From Hemiscyllium ocellatum (taxonomy: Eukaryota): a stretch of DNA of 64,000 bases. The stretch covers positions 48,439,776-48,503,775 of the forward strand of contig NC_083418.1 of the NCBI RefSeq assembly GCF_020745735.1, in the 5' to 3' direction. The notes below the pieces were generated by a model that did not search any database, was not told the DNA's origin, and worked only from the letters and a program-made list of their open reading frames with translations. Positions 24,385 to 38,033 of the stretch are shown in pieces; the stretch's first letter is position 1, and the number at the start of each line of letters is the position of its first letter. Both the position numbers and the translations under genes were made by a program.

Positions 24385-26023
24385 CTACAGACAGAAAGAA
24401 TGAATATTTATCAGATGGAAATGCAAGTATACACAACGTTTTGGCATCATTAGTGACACAGTTGCGAAGTGAGATTCCATCACCACCAGTCTGAAGAGTA
24501 AAACATTTAACCATACTTAACATGAATCACCACAGCAGTCGCTACCTGATAAACCATCACTTTAAGCACAAAGCTGGTGTGAGCTCACTTAAAAGCGATT
24601 CTGCCATGTCCATACCATAAGCCTGTGCTGGTTTCCTCACCAAAATATACTGTAAGCTTTACAACAATTCCAACATCACCACAGACTCCTGCAACCAAGA
24701 GGTTAGGACACTATCTTCTATCTGACCAGGTGAAGCAAAAAAGAATTTCAGCAAAACTCGCAACCTCATGAAAAACAGTCATCCACTAAATCCAGCACTG
24801 TGTATGAGGCTACACGTCCAGGAATTGGTGCAATCCAGGGACCATCACTGAGTATTTTCACTCAACACCTTCTTCTGCGTTTTGATGATTAAGATTGACA
24901 CACACATGGACATAGCCATCTTCGGCCTCTGAGCTTTTAACGAATGTTAAAAGAGAAACAACCATTTAAAAAAAAAACTTTCCAAGCTTAACAAACGCAA
25001 ATTTGCACTCTCTCTCTTTCGTTCCTTTGTCCATGTTTTTCTCTCTTTAGTAAACACCCATTTTGAAAACACACTAAAAAGTGATAGCGGAAACCAACAG
25101 GGAAAAAAATAAACAAACTGAGAAGCTAACAGAGGAACGAGAATAGTCAGGATGAATTAAATTAGTTTGCTAAAATAGTTAAACTGAGGAATGGAGAATA
25201 AAAAGATATTAAAAATGTGAAGTCACGTAAGTAGAATAGAATCTTGAAAATGAACATAACTACAATTCAATTTCTGGCATATTGGTTATTATTACCCACA
25301 AAGAGCTGTTCCTGATATCACAGCTATATTAATATTTGTAGCACAATAACTGCCTGGAAATTTTCTGGAGGTGGCAAAGCATGATCTATGCTTGCCGTCT
25401 CCCAATGATAATTCAGTTGTGAGTGGGTATGTAGCAACTGGAGAAATCAGATGGAAAGTCAATAATAGCTGCATTGCCAAGTTCACCAAGGGGAAAACCT
25501 TTCAACTGTAAAATTATTTATTTATAACCCCAGTCAGATAGTGCTCCAAGGAGAATTACATTTTATTACTTTTGTTTTAACATATATATCATCTCAGTTC
25601 AAATGTTCTGGCTACATGGTAGCCCAAGTACAGTTAGGAAATGAGGCAAGTTTAACTACAATTCCATTTGATTAAAGTTCCAGTCAATAGATATATGATA
25701 GATTGCGGTATTAAGGCATGTAAATATGGATGATTTAGGTTTAATTTCTGCATTTCTGTTCATCTTGGCTTTAACATCAGTTCTTACCCCTGGTCAACAA
25801 GAACACAACATTAATCAACCAACATCCCTGACACAGCACAATGTGGAGGGAATTCTGGAGACTATGGGGTCAGATAGTGAACTCTTCACAGCTAAATAGC
25901 TTGCCAACACTCATTGTTGAGAATCAGACTAAGGAAGAGTACTGTATAGTTCCAGCTTTAAAGAATTCTTGAATAGGAGCTGCAGGGGAAAGTAGTGGAA
26001 AAAGAAAATCTGATGTGACTTAC

Positions 26024-26089
26024 ATCAGCGTTGCTTTCAGCAATTCTAACTGGTTGCACAACACGTCTGATTGGTTCTTGTCCCGTCAC
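26024..26089 (-). CDS. PLEKHA7: PLEKHA7 coding exon (66 nt)
   Basis: ctttgtactag|...GAT|gtaagt; VTGQEPIRRVVQPVRIAESNAD (human recalled: MTGRDLLKDRSLKPVKIAESDTD). Confidence 0.9.
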
Positions 26090-27850
26090 CTAGTACAAAG
26101 AGATAGGATGAAGACAGCCAGCAGAGAACTATAAAATGCGATCCAACCAACTTTAGATTTCTCTCCCAAAAGCAAAAGTTTTTATTCCATGAAAAATTAA
26201 AGCACAAAGCCTTTAGTAAAACTGCAATTGAACATTCAACAAATTAGCTTTATTATTAAACCAGTAAAAACCAAAAGTAAAGCAAGAACAGACCAAAGGT
26301 GAGGAATTATGAAAAGGGGACAGTCTAAGGAAATGACCAGCAAAATCAAGATCAAATAAACCTCACAAACTTATAATCTGTTAAAAGACAGATTGAGTAC
26401 TTTCTCAACATTTTCTCTAGCACTTTCATATCAGATATTAATCTTCATGAAGATGATTCAGGTGGTTAGTGGAGGTGTCAGTAATATATTTATTTCCTCC
26501 GTTGCATCATCATTTGGTAATGGTGGCTGTGGGTCCTTGCTTGGAAAATGCATGCCTGAGATTATCCACTAAGTGCTGAATGTGGCTCAGGATGATATCC
26601 CAATCCCATCATCGGTGAACTACCCACCAACATCAAGAACAAAGAAATGACCATTGGTGATGTAAGCATGCCAATATTACTGTTAAGATTGCAGATCAAG
26701 AAATGATGTAGAAATCCTGTCAATAATTGCCCAGTTCTATGTACTTCTCAATGTATTTCTCACATGGTGGTCATTCTAACAAAGAATTAACAACGAAGAT
26801 CTATACAAACGTTGAATGATAAACAAAGCATCAGTGATAAACGCACAGCAACCAAACAGCGGTAATCTTCCCTTTACATCAAACACTTCAAATTCTGAAA
26901 TATTAACACATTACTGTTACAATTTGAACAGAAAGCAAAGGAAGTGAATTTTAGCTGGTAATTTGCAGAGCAAAGCATTACTTTACACAGATCTGCTCTT
27001 CAAACTGTCCTACAATAAGCTGATAACATCCCTCCACAGTTAGCATTTATTTTGTCTGGATAAGAAACATATTTAACCCTATTTCTAGATTATTGTAACA
27101 ATCCACCAAAACACTTAAATCAACTTAGCTGCAGTAACATCTTGCGAAGGCATCCTGAATTATTCAAGTTGGTCAACATAAACTGACTGCAACAATAAGG
27201 ATAAAGTTTCTTGATTTGAATCAATTTAAACTAACTACACCTTTGTGCTAAACTATCAGGAGTAATGTTGATCACACAAAAATTGAAAGCTATGGCACAC
27301 AGTAAAATGCTGCACTTTGCTGCCACAAACATGCTTTATGTTGCTTCAATTGCCTTCCTTAAAGGGGCAGTATCTTTATGAAAAATGTATTTATCATAGG
27401 GTGCGGGAATATGCACATGAATGTGCACGTATATACATGTACATGTGTTTAAACTTTCCAGTTCTTCTGATGTCATGAGACAAATTGCACTGAAATGCAA
27501 CATTGAAAGAGCTTATATTTATTTAGAACCAAAAGACTGCTAAATTATTTTGATATATGGTGCCCCTTTAATGAAAATCAAAACACACGCTCACGCAAGG
27601 TACATATAAACACAGTTAGTTTTACAAAATCTTGAACAGTACAAAATAAATCCAGCCTTGCAGCCTGCAATGGAAGATCAAGCTTTGAAATCAATATTTT
27701 ATTTCACAGAAATGACAGCACAGACCAAATCAGTCAGAAAGGGGAACACTGATTTCTAAACATTGCATATCAAACCATGGTGGAAAGCAAGCTGCTGATG
27801 GAATAGCCACATGAATTGCTTTTTATTTCAGCTGGAACAAGCAGCCTTAC

Positions 27851-27931
27851 TTGGAAACTGGGTCGAAACGTTGGTGTGACTTTCGTTAAGATTCTGTGAA
27901 CCATGTTGATCAAAGGTATATTAGATTTCAT
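27851..27931 (-). CDS. PLEKHA7: PLEKHA7 probable alternative cassette exon (81 nt, phase 0-0)
   Basis: gtttggaacag|...CAA|gtaagg; MKSNIPLINMVHRILTKVTPTFRPSFQ. Same length and position as the recalled PLEKHA5 segment MKENEPIITMVHTMIENSALRPQLYQQ. Confidence 0.8.
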
Positions 27932-29819
27932 CTGTTCCAAACAGAAGAGGAATACATTTCATTACAATAATGGTGACTGCTTCCTTAGAATCATATAAAG
28001 TCACCAAAGCGAAATGTCACAATTCCAAACAATGCTTCAAAGTATGATGCATGTATCAAACCATTCCATAAATAGTCCTCCTAAGATTCATCAACTGCCC
28101 TCCAGCAAGTCATAAAATGAACTTGTAACATCAACATCTTACTAATATTTGTAATACTTTTACATTCACCTTCAAAGATCTAAAAGCTTCCATGCACTCT
28201 CACTTTCATCAGCCAAGCAAAAACTAGACATCCATCTCACCACTAGTTCAGAATTGCTATTTCATTTGCTTAATTAACAGGAGTCCAGGCATTTCAAAAG
28301 TAAAATGGTTTGTGCTAAGCACTTTGGGACATTTTGTCATCCTAAGGTATTTTATGAAGGCAAGGCATTATTATTCTTTGGCTTTTCACCAAACCTATGC
28401 AGAGACTGCAACAGTGCTATAACTGACCCTGCCACTAGAGGGGGCCTCTAGCCCACAAAACACAATCATGAGGAATACAGTTGCCAGAATTTACCGTCAG
28501 ATACTGTTGTTGATCTGCAGCAGCCATTCTCAGTCAGAATACAAAAGCAGAACTCAAGAACAGGATTGCATGGTCCAAAGGATCTTCTACAGCACCACTC
28601 TCAGTCACACTCATTAGCCCAAGCAATTGGAACAAAAACATTTCCAGCCTCCAAGTTTACTGAATCTTAGGCTGGGAAATATACGAATGTATTTCAAAAT
28701 TACATCAAAAGTCAATTTGTTCAGAGTGAATAATCACAAAATATAGAAAAACATCAATTTTAAAATTAAAGCTACGTCGATAAATTGGAGTGAACTCCTA
28801 AAATTTCACTGACTCGATAGAAGTCTCCAATAAATTATGTGTCAAGGTTAAACATACTGATCCTATTTTTTATATTGTCCAGCTAAAATTACTGCCTTCA
28901 CCTTTGGTTCAACAAGTCTCTCCTCTGAATGTGTTTGTAACTGGACAAAAGCAGAAATTAAACACATCACCTGAGTACACAAGACTGCCAAGGAATGCAT
29001 ATGTAATATTAAACTCAAGATTTCAGTAAAATTATAATTGCAGTAAAGGGGCACACAATCGGCTCAGCTTTGTTAAGTTGAAGCATACAGTACAAAGTTG
29101 TGTTATATCTTTCTAATGCACTGGTTTGACCTCAAATGGAGAACTGTTGCTGACCTAGACACCACAATTTAAAAGAAAAAAGACATCAAGGCCTTGAGGA
29201 AGGTGCAGAGTAAATATGGGTGGATGGTACCATCAAGGGTAACATCCAAACTTCAAGATTGTTCTACTTCAGAGCAAGGTTGTTCAAGGTTTTCAAAATG
29301 TAGAAAGGATATGACAGAATAAATAATGTGCTTTTCTGTTGTTTGTGTTATCACCAAAATTGCTGCAGTGTTGTAACAGATTCTGTCAGGTGGGGGGTGG
29401 GGGAGGTGAAAATAAATCTAATTTATAGGACAAAACGATGAAACTGTAAGAATTTTTCACTAGACATTGCTCTGGGACACTCAGGAAAACAAAGTTTAAA
29501 AAAAACTGCTATCCTCTAAAATACTTCCACAGCACTACTCTAAAGCTCACATTACACAAATGCACATATTCTCCAGTGTCCAGCAAGCTCAGGTGAATAA
29601 TCAGAGGGCAGAGAGTTAAGGTACTTTGTCTAAAAGGCAGAATGTGCTAAAGAAAAAAAAGTGTTTTTAATATTGCAAGCTGGTATGATTTACTTGTAAG
29701 ATTCCAGCTGAAACATTGATGGAAGAAAAGTCAATAAGGTTATTCAATAGGAAATTGGATAAATTATTAAGGGCAACTTTATTAGGAATGGGGAATTAGC
29801 AGTGGAATGGTAGTAGTTA

Positions 29820-30771
29820 TTTGACTGAATATTTAGGAGGAATGGTTAATAAGTTTGTGGATGGCACCAAGATTGGTGGTAGAGGGGACAGTGAAGGTGG
29901 TCATCTGGGAATGCAGCGAGATCTTAATCAACTTGGCCAGTGGGCTGAGGAATGGCAAAATTTGAATTTAGATAAATGCAAGGTGCTGCATTCGATGGGT
30001 CAAACCAAGGCAGGACTTACACAGTCAATGGTAGAGGGCTGGGGAGTGTTATAGAACAAAGAGATCCACGGGTACAGGTTCCAGCTCTTTGAAAGTGGAG
30101 TCACAAGTAGACAGGGTGATGAAGAAAGCTTTTGGCATGCTTGCTTTCATCAGTCAGAGCACTGGGTACAGGAGTTGGGATAGTTTGTTGCAACTATACA
30201 GGACATTGGAGGCGCCACATCTGGAGTACTGCGTTTAGTCCTGGTCACCTTACTATGGAAAGGATAATATCGAAATCAAAAAAGTGCACAAAAAATTTAC
30301 TGGGATGCTACCTGGATTGGAAGGTTTGAGTTATCATAAGAGGTTGGATAGGCTGGGGTCTTTCCCCCTGGAGTATAGGAGTGGGGTGCCCTTATAGAGG
30401 TTTATAAAATCATGAGGGGCATAGGTAAGGTAGATTGCCAATAGCTTTTCTCCATGGTAGGGGAAATCTAAAACAAGAGGGCGTAGTTTAAGGCGAGAGG
30501 GCAAAGTGGAGAGATACAAAAGGACCCAGAGGAGCAATTTTCTTGCTCCACAGAGAGGGTGGTGAGTGTCAGGAACAGGCTGCAAGAAATAGTGATGTAA
30601 AGAGGGTACAATTTTGCAAGTTAAGAAATGTTTAGACAAGTGCATGGATGGTATAGGCATGGAGGGATGTGGACCAAACAGGCAAATGGGACTAGTTTAA
30701 TTGTGAAAACTGGGTGGCAATGGCAGGTTGGGCTGAAAGGCCTGCTTCCATGCTGTAGACCTCTATGACTC
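29820..30771 (+). mobile_element. HER1/CR1 LINE 3' part (RT C-terminus and tail)
   Basis: NKFVDGTKIGG..LGQWAEEWQ..DKCKVLH; tail gctgtagacctctatgact. Confidence 0.9.
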
Positions 30772-30859
30772 GGATTGTATTTGGACAGCTTTTCCATAAG
30801 GGAAGAAAAAGTATGATGGGCTCAGGCATCTTTTGATAATGGATCATGCTGTGTTACTA

Positions 30860-31295
30860 TGAGATACAGAAACTGAAGCATGGTATCAACCTATTGAGTC
30901 TGCTTCGCCATTCCACAAAGTCATAGCTGATCTGATCATCCCCAATTCTACTTTCCTGCCGTTTCCCAAAAAGCCCTTGGTTTACTTAATTAAAAATCTG
31001 CCTCAGTCTTGAATATACCTAATGACTCAATCTCCACAGCCATACAGATTCACTTCACTCAAAGAGGTAATTCCTCCTCATTGCAATCTTAAAATGTGCA
31101 ACTCCTTCCTTAATCTGAAATTATGACCTTTGGTTTTAGACTCTCCAACAAAGGGAAACAACCTTTCTACATCTACCTATAAAGTCCTTTAAGAATGTAT
31201 GTAACATAATCTACTCAACCTCACCTCACAAGACACAATCTCTACCTACCTGCTTTCAGCCTTGCCAAACTTGTCAGGATTGCCTCCGATGTTAC
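30860..31295 (-). mobile_element. CR1 LINE 3' fragment
   Basis: Reverse complement of a CR1 tail; colinear with 2075-2560. Confidence 0.65.
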
Positions 31296-32447
31296 CTATA
31301 AAAATACTTTGCATCCAATATTCCTTGGAGGGCTCATGTTTTGAGAGATTTTTGGAAATTGATTTATCTTGTGAACATACCTTGAGTGGTTTTATTTTAA
31401 AGAGGCTATTATAAGTTCAAGATTGATATTGATCTTTTTTATTTGAACAAGGCCCCCTAGGAATCACACCTTGCTTGCTGCAGACCAGGCTGGGGCTATT
31501 TTCAAAACAGCACTTGACTTGAAGAGGTTGTTGTTTTATTTGGCCAGATTCCGTCCAACTGAGCTCAGAACCAGCAGAGTTGGAGGGAGACCTGCGGAGA
31601 ACAATTGCCCAGTTGATCTCTCCAATTTCTGACAAAAACAACTCTCTGTATCAATTCTGGGTGAAACTTATTTGTTCTTTTAATTGGTTGATTGAAAGAA
31701 CATCCCAAGATCGTACTTCTGCATCTGCAAGGCAGAGACAACCATGCATGGTTTGTGACGTGACCACATAGCCCCAAACAACAACCATGCTTGACTCTTT
31801 CAGTCAACGGATTATTCTTGACGGTTACGTTCTTCATTTTCAGAAAGCCAATTGCTGAAGAAAAATTGCTTTTTCATTTTTAGGCTGAATTTTTATACAT
31901 CTGTACCACTGATTCCAAGTTTACTAATTATTAGACTTTCATTGAATAAGTTTTCCTTTTGATAATAAATCCATAATTATGCTCATTAAGAACCCTGACT
32001 GATGGACGCTTTATGTTAAAACCTGATAGAAATTGGATACTTAATTGGATCTTGATAACTGGGAAAAAAAAGTAGCGAGACTAGATGGACATTGTACTTT
32101 TGCAGCCTGGTAATAGGATATGGCTAATTTGAATGAAATGCTATAGGTTTATCTTTTTAAAAAGTTTCAAACATGAAATTAAGAAAGAAAGGATTTTCAT
32201 GTCAATTCAATGTGATTTCAGTGATCCCCATCCTCCCTCCCTTTCAGGTGCCCATTTCCACACTTTTTTTAAAAAAGCAGATAAATACTTAAATAGAAAT
32301 GCATCAGTAACTTAACTAGTTAAAGTTATCAGCAAACATATTTAATTTGAAAGAAGCTGACATCGTTATGAAGCACAATAATCTGAATGGTGGTACTCAT
32401 ATTGCAACCTTTAAAAGACATCTGGATGGGTATATGAATAGGAAGGG

Positions 32448-33045
32448 AGTTTTTGAAAAGATCTGTAGCTCAGGTTGAGGTTCTGGATGTAGGTTTACTC
32501 ACTGAGCTGGAAGGTTCATTTTCAGACGTTTCATCACCATACTAGGTAACATCTTCAGTGAGCCTCTAGATGAAGCACTGCTGGTGTTTCCTGCTTTCTA
32601 CTTTTCGGTTTGTCTTTCCTTGAGTTGGTGATGTCATTTCCTGTGGTGGCATCATTTCCTATGGTGATGTCACGTCTTGTTCTTTTTCTTAGGGGGTGGT
32701 AACGGGATCCAGGTCAATGTGTTTGTTGATAGAGTTCCAGTTGGAAGGCCACGCTTCTAGGAATTCTCGTGCATGTCTCTGTTTGGCTTGTCCCAGTCAA
32801 AGTGGTGTCCTTCCTTTTCTATACGTAAGGATACTAGTGAGAGAGGGTCATGTCGTTTTGTGGCTACTTGATGTTCATGTATCCTGGTGGCTAGATTTTT
32901 GCCTGTTTGTCTAATGTGGTGTTTGATACAGTTCTTACCAGGCATTTACATTACTTTTGCTTATTGTCCATACAGGGTTTTTCAAGTCCATTAGCTCCTA
33001 TTTTAGTGTGTTGGTGGGCTACCATGATGCCAAGGGGTCTGAGTC
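32448..33045 (-). mobile_element. Penelope-like element 3' fragment (GIY-YIG and pLTR hammerhead) inserted into a HER1 tail (32385-32447 and 33046-33182)
   Basis: NCIKHHIRQTGKNLATRIHEHQVATKRHDPLSLVS; TSD atga(a/c)taggaaggg at 32434-32447 and 33046-33059; hammerhead motif 32525-32558 (-). Confidence 0.88.
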
Positions 33046-33914
33046 ATGACTAGGAAGGGTTGAGAGAGATATGGCCAAGTGCTGACAAATGGGACTAGGT
33101 TAGGTTGGGATATCTGGTCGGCATGGAAGAGTTGGACCGAAGGGTCTGTTTCCATGCTGTACATCTCTATGACTCTATGACTACAGCTGGGGGATACACA
33201 ACAAAAATTGCAGCCCAAACAGAAATAAAAGATGTAAAAATCCCATCCATGAAGTAGTGTAAAAAAAAGCCAACATGTCCAGAAATGAATCTGACTCACA
33301 CTATACAGCAAAGCACAAGTCGAGAAAACAGAATAATCAAGCTTATCTTAGATGGAGCCACACACACTTGTGTGGAAAATCAACTTGCTCTTCAACACGA
33401 TTATAGGCACCTCATAGAACAAGTCCTTTTTTTAAAAAAGGAAATGTCAATTTTCACTTTGACATTTTAGTCCTGAGACATGAATTCCTCCACATGTGTA
33501 ATAGTCTCCCTTCTAATACATTGTGAATTTACCAAAAGCTTTATGTAAGATCAGTAGACGAGTGTATTTGTAGAGTGATTCTATCTAGCACGTGCATACC
33601 CAAATTCCTAACAAGAACTACTCCATAGCAATCAACTGACCTTTTCACCTTCACTGACGAAAAGGATTCTCACTAACTGCAGCACCTCTACAGTTGCTTT
33701 AGGTTAGATCAGCTAATATAGCCAAGTCAATCCTTTAGTGAAGTGCCATTGACAAGAACCATTTGCTACATCGCAGCAAATCTCAGGATTTCATAGCAAA
33801 AACGTTGCTGCAGTTGGAATGAAGTGAAATGGGTGGGGTTCCCTGTGGAAAAGACCAGCTTGGCTGAATCACCTGTTTCGATTCAATGGATCAAAATAAT
33901 AAGTCGGCAAATAT

Positions 33915-35960
33915 TTTGGGCTGAAATTTGCTTTTTCTGGACTAAGTCCAAGTTACATCAATTTCTTTCAAGGGTTTTTAAGCCATGAAGCCCAACAAAT
34001 TCTCTCACTTTCTTACCAAATATGGTGCATTAACTACCGACCCCATCTGTATGGTGTCTGTTACATTCAGTTGACCTAATTTTACCATGCACTATTCACA
34101 GAATGACTTTACACTCAGTGGATGCCTGGAAGACCAGCATCCCTTGCAAATGTGCCATGTTGAAAAAGCCACTGTGTACCAGGAAAAGCACTGAAAATCC
34201 GACCTGCTCTGCTCACTGTCAGACAGAATCTCACGACGTCACAGAGGGGTGGACGGCATCACCAATCTCCAACAGGAAAACTGAGGTCCTGGTCGACAGA
34301 GTAGTGCCATAGAGCTCCATGCTTTTCCCAAATGATAGGCAGAGCAGACCACACTACAAGTAGAAGACCCTTTATCCGAACATCCAAAAACCAAAAAGCT
34401 CCAAAATCTGAAGGTTTTTTGTGATTTTTTTTTCTCATTAGCAAGGTTGTTTGGCTAGCACAGTTAACCCAAGTCAACATCCACACAATGTGTATCACTC
34501 GGATGTGATATGGGGGCGGGGGGGGGGGCGGGGGGGGGGGGCCTTGCCAAGCACCAACAGGCCTGAGATCTCTGTGAATGCTCCTAAGTCAACACCCACT
34601 CAATGCGTGTCAATCAGATGAGACATTGGAGTGGGGTGTGCCTGGCCAAGCACGTACTTAGAAGTCTGCTCCTCCGGTAAGATTTTAAAAAATATCACCA
34701 CTAAACTGTCAATATTCCAAAAACCGAAAAATTCTAAATTCCAGAAAACAGCTGGTGCTGAGCATTTCGGATAAAGGATCTTCTAGCTGTACCAGATGCT
34801 GGCAGCTTAGTCAGAGGTCACTTCCCAGGTCAATGCTGTCTCCACAGTGCAGAATGGACAGCTATGCTCCATCACACCAGGGTAATGTGACACTTCTCTC
34901 TGCCACAGCATACATTTCCCATCAGCATCAGGCTCTGCCGCACTACTTATTGCCTGCAACATCTTACTTCATCCATTGAAACCCCAACACTAATAAAACA
35001 GCATGATCTCTGCACTGGCTAGGCACTTACCCAGGATAACCCACCTGCAGAACTACCACCAGCGCCCTCTAATTTCTCCTCGTTCAATTCCTTCCTTTCC
35101 CTCAATCCAGGAGAATGAACCCATATAGGCTGGGTCTGCCCTGTCAAAGTGGATTGGTGTACAGCTCCAGGTTCCTCAGTCCCAATGAAAAGGGGGATCT
35201 TGGCCTACATTGCAGAAGACTGCGAGCACTTCTACAAGGATGCCAAGACATCTATGCATGTATTTCCTCTTGTGTCTTGCAGGTCCAGCCAGCATCTTTG
35301 GCACTCCAGAGAAAAATGCATGTCTCTGCCTGATGACACCTTCTCCACTCCCGAGGGACAAAGTGCTTCAGAGGAAGCATCAACAAAGCCAGCTCCTGCT
35401 GTCCCCTAATCAGGCCAGATACTGACACCTCATTGGGAATTTTAGGCCTAGAAAATGGGGGATTACAACCTGGCAAACAGCTCTGCTGCTGGCCAAGCAA
35501 GAAACACCCCAGGCTGCTGGTACTGCCAGAGGCCAGGCACCTGTTCAGTCCCAGGAATGAAAGGACCCTGTGATGTCAATAATCACAGACTCTGTCCACA
35601 TGCACAGACAGCAACAGGGGTAGCAGTGTGGAACAAGTTGTCCCTGGAGACGGGGTGGGTGTGGCTGGTGCCCATGGATCTTGGTCTGGAATCCTGTTTG
35701 ACAAAACAGGACATGGAGACTGACCAGAGCAGGTAGGTGCTGAAGTCACCAGGTACCCACATCAAGTTTTCTTAACAAATGGCTTGTTTCTAAGTTTGGT
35801 AAAATACAAAACCAAATATTATTGATGCAAATTGAACCATCAACAAGACATGCATTAAGCTATAAATGTAACTGCTGCCTAGCAAGAAACTTGCTGCGTC
35901 ACTTGTAAAATGAGTAAAAGGTGGAGCAAGATGTTCCTGATTTTGAGAATGTCCTTTCTA
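33915..35960 (+). mobile_element. PIF/Harbinger-like transposon remnant with a decayed Myb/SANT-like gene
   Basis: With the MITE removed, the frame reads PISNRKTEVLVDRVVP*SSMLFPNDRQSRPHYQMLAA*SEVTSQVNAVSTVQ, matching the Myb/SANT-like pattern FS..E.EVLV..V......LF...AW.EV...VNAVS. Ends uncertain. Confidence 0.6.
34357..34789. mobile_element. Tc1/pogo(Tigger)-type MITE with TA TSD
   Basis: 24-bp TIRs caagtagaagaccctttatccgaa and ttcggataaaggatcttctagctg (21/24 match); TA at 34355-34356 and 34790-34791. Confidence 0.85.
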
Positions 35961-36791
35961 ATTGTGTCACAAATCTTGCCATAGGGGTGTGAATGACACA
36001 GGCTATGTAACTCTGTCCATCATGTGGCAATGCTGAAAATTACTAACAGTTATGCAACAACTACATTCACATCAGTACAATCTAGTCACAGACAGAAATA
36101 TAAAATAGATAGATATGAAACAGCGAAAAGACATGGGATGGGAAATTGTGAAATTTTACATTAACCAGTCAACCACAATAATTGTGCTCAACGGCCACTA
36201 TTAAATCAATCATGGATGTGATATCTATTTTGTGATAAAATTGTTGATTCCTCAAGCTGTGGTGTTTCAACGAGATGGCAAATGTTTCAGATGCACTTTC
36301 ATTGTGAGAAGTTCATTTGCATGGAGTGATTACTGGGCAATCCTGGATGTGATAACCATTACTGTCTGTGCAAAAGGATGTTAATTTACTGAAGAATAAT
36401 ATCAGTAAATGAGGAACTTCAGAAGTGTGAATTTGGAAAGAGAGCTTCTTAAAGTTACAAGTAAATAGACAGTGGAATTTAATAATAAAATACATAACAA
36501 GTTACAAGCAAGAGTTCTAATCTCAGGAATTAAATCAATTGGTCAGAACATCAATCAGTGCTGTCCAGTAGTGGCCCACCTCATGATGCAACAGTCAGCA
36601 GCTTAGTGATTAATAAAGAGCTCACCCATAATTCAACAAGATATTTAAGTGATCATTGACCATGAAGAGACTTCAATATAAGGAAAGTAACATTTCATGA
36701 TAGTTAACAGCATACATTCAGAAGAAATTTTAATTTCTCTATACATTATCCAAATTTGCACCGTTCCTGCAAAATGTTCAATAGCTGCAAA

Positions 36792-38033
36792 TTAGAGTCA
36801 TAGAGCCATAGAGATGTACTGCATGGAACTGGAGCCTTCGGTCCAACCCGCCCATGCCGACCTGATATCCCAACCCAATCTAGTCCCACCTGCCAGCACC
36901 CAGCCCATATCCCTCCAAACCCTTCCTATTCATATACCCATCCAAAATGCCTCTTAAATGCTGCAATTGTACCAGCCTCCATCACATCCTCTGGCAGCTC
37001 ATTCCATACACGTACCACCCTCTGCATGAAAACGTTACCCCTTAGGTGTTTCTTATATCTTTCCCCTCTCACCCTAAACCTATGCCCTCTAGTTCTGGAC
37101 TCCCTGACCCGAGGGAAAAGACTTGGCCTATTTATCCTAGCCATGCCCCTCATAATTTTGTAAACCTCTATAAAGGTCACTCCTCAGCCTCCGACAGGGA
37201 AAACAGCCCCAGCCTGTTCAGCCTCTCCCTGTAGCTCAGATCCTCCAACCCTGGCAACATCCTTGTAAATCTTTCCTGAACCCTTTCAAGTTTCACAACA
37301 TCTTTCCGATAGAAAGGAGACCAGAATTGCACACAATATTCCAACAGCGGCCTAACCAATGTCCTGTACAGCCAATACATGACCTCCCAACTCATACTCA
37401 ATACTCTGACCAATAAAGGAAAGCATACCAAAAGCCACCTTCACTACCTATCTACCTGCGACTCCACTTCCAATGAGCTATGAACCTGCATTCCAAGGTC
37501 TCTTTGTTCAGCAACACTCCCTAGGACCTTACCATTAAGCTTTGCTTTCCCAAAATGCAGCACCTCGCATTTATCTGAATTAAACTTCATCTGCCACTTC
37601 TCAGCCCATTGGCCCATCTGGTCCAGATCCTGTTGTAATCTGAGGTAACCCTCTTCACTGTCCACTACACCTCCAATTTTGGTGTAATCTGCAAACTTAC
37701 TAACTGTACCTCTTATGCTCGCATCCAAATCATTTATGTAAATGACAAAATGTAGAGGACCCAGCACTACTGGTCACAGGCCTCCAGTCTGAAAAACAAC
37801 CCTCCACCACCACCCTCTGTCTTCTACCTTTGAGCCAGTTCTGTATCCAAATGGCTAGTTTTCCCTGTATTCCGTGAGATCTAACCTTGCTAATCAGTCT
37901 CCCATGGGGAACCTTGTCGGATACCTTATTGAAGTCCATATAGATCACATCCACTGCACTGCCCTCAATCTTCTTTGTTACTTCTTCAAAGAACTCAATC
38001 AGGTTTGTGAGACATGATTTCCCACGCACAAAG
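36792..38033 (-). mobile_element. HER1/CR1 LINE 3' 1.2 kb, comparatively well preserved RT
   Basis: GKSCLTNLIEFFEEVTK..DVIYMDFNKVSDKVPH..LGPLHFVIYINDLD..SKFADYTKIGG..LEYCVQFWSP; tail (ctatgactct)-like. Confidence 0.95.

Noticed and set aside
31300-31900. Possible second solo LTR, or Cys-rich ORF 31565-31837
   Set aside because: Composition looks LTR-like but I could not find TG..CA ends or a TSD; the ORF has no recognisable domain.
33300-33341. Possible 42-nt in-frame exon on the minus strand (LDYSVFSTCALLYS|gtgagt)
   Set aside because: Poor acceptor context and no similarity to PLEKHA paralogue segments; such donors arise by chance.
36926-38029. Four consecutive RT-like ORFs as a functional gene
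   Set aside because: A frameshifted, 5'-truncated HER1/CR1 copy.
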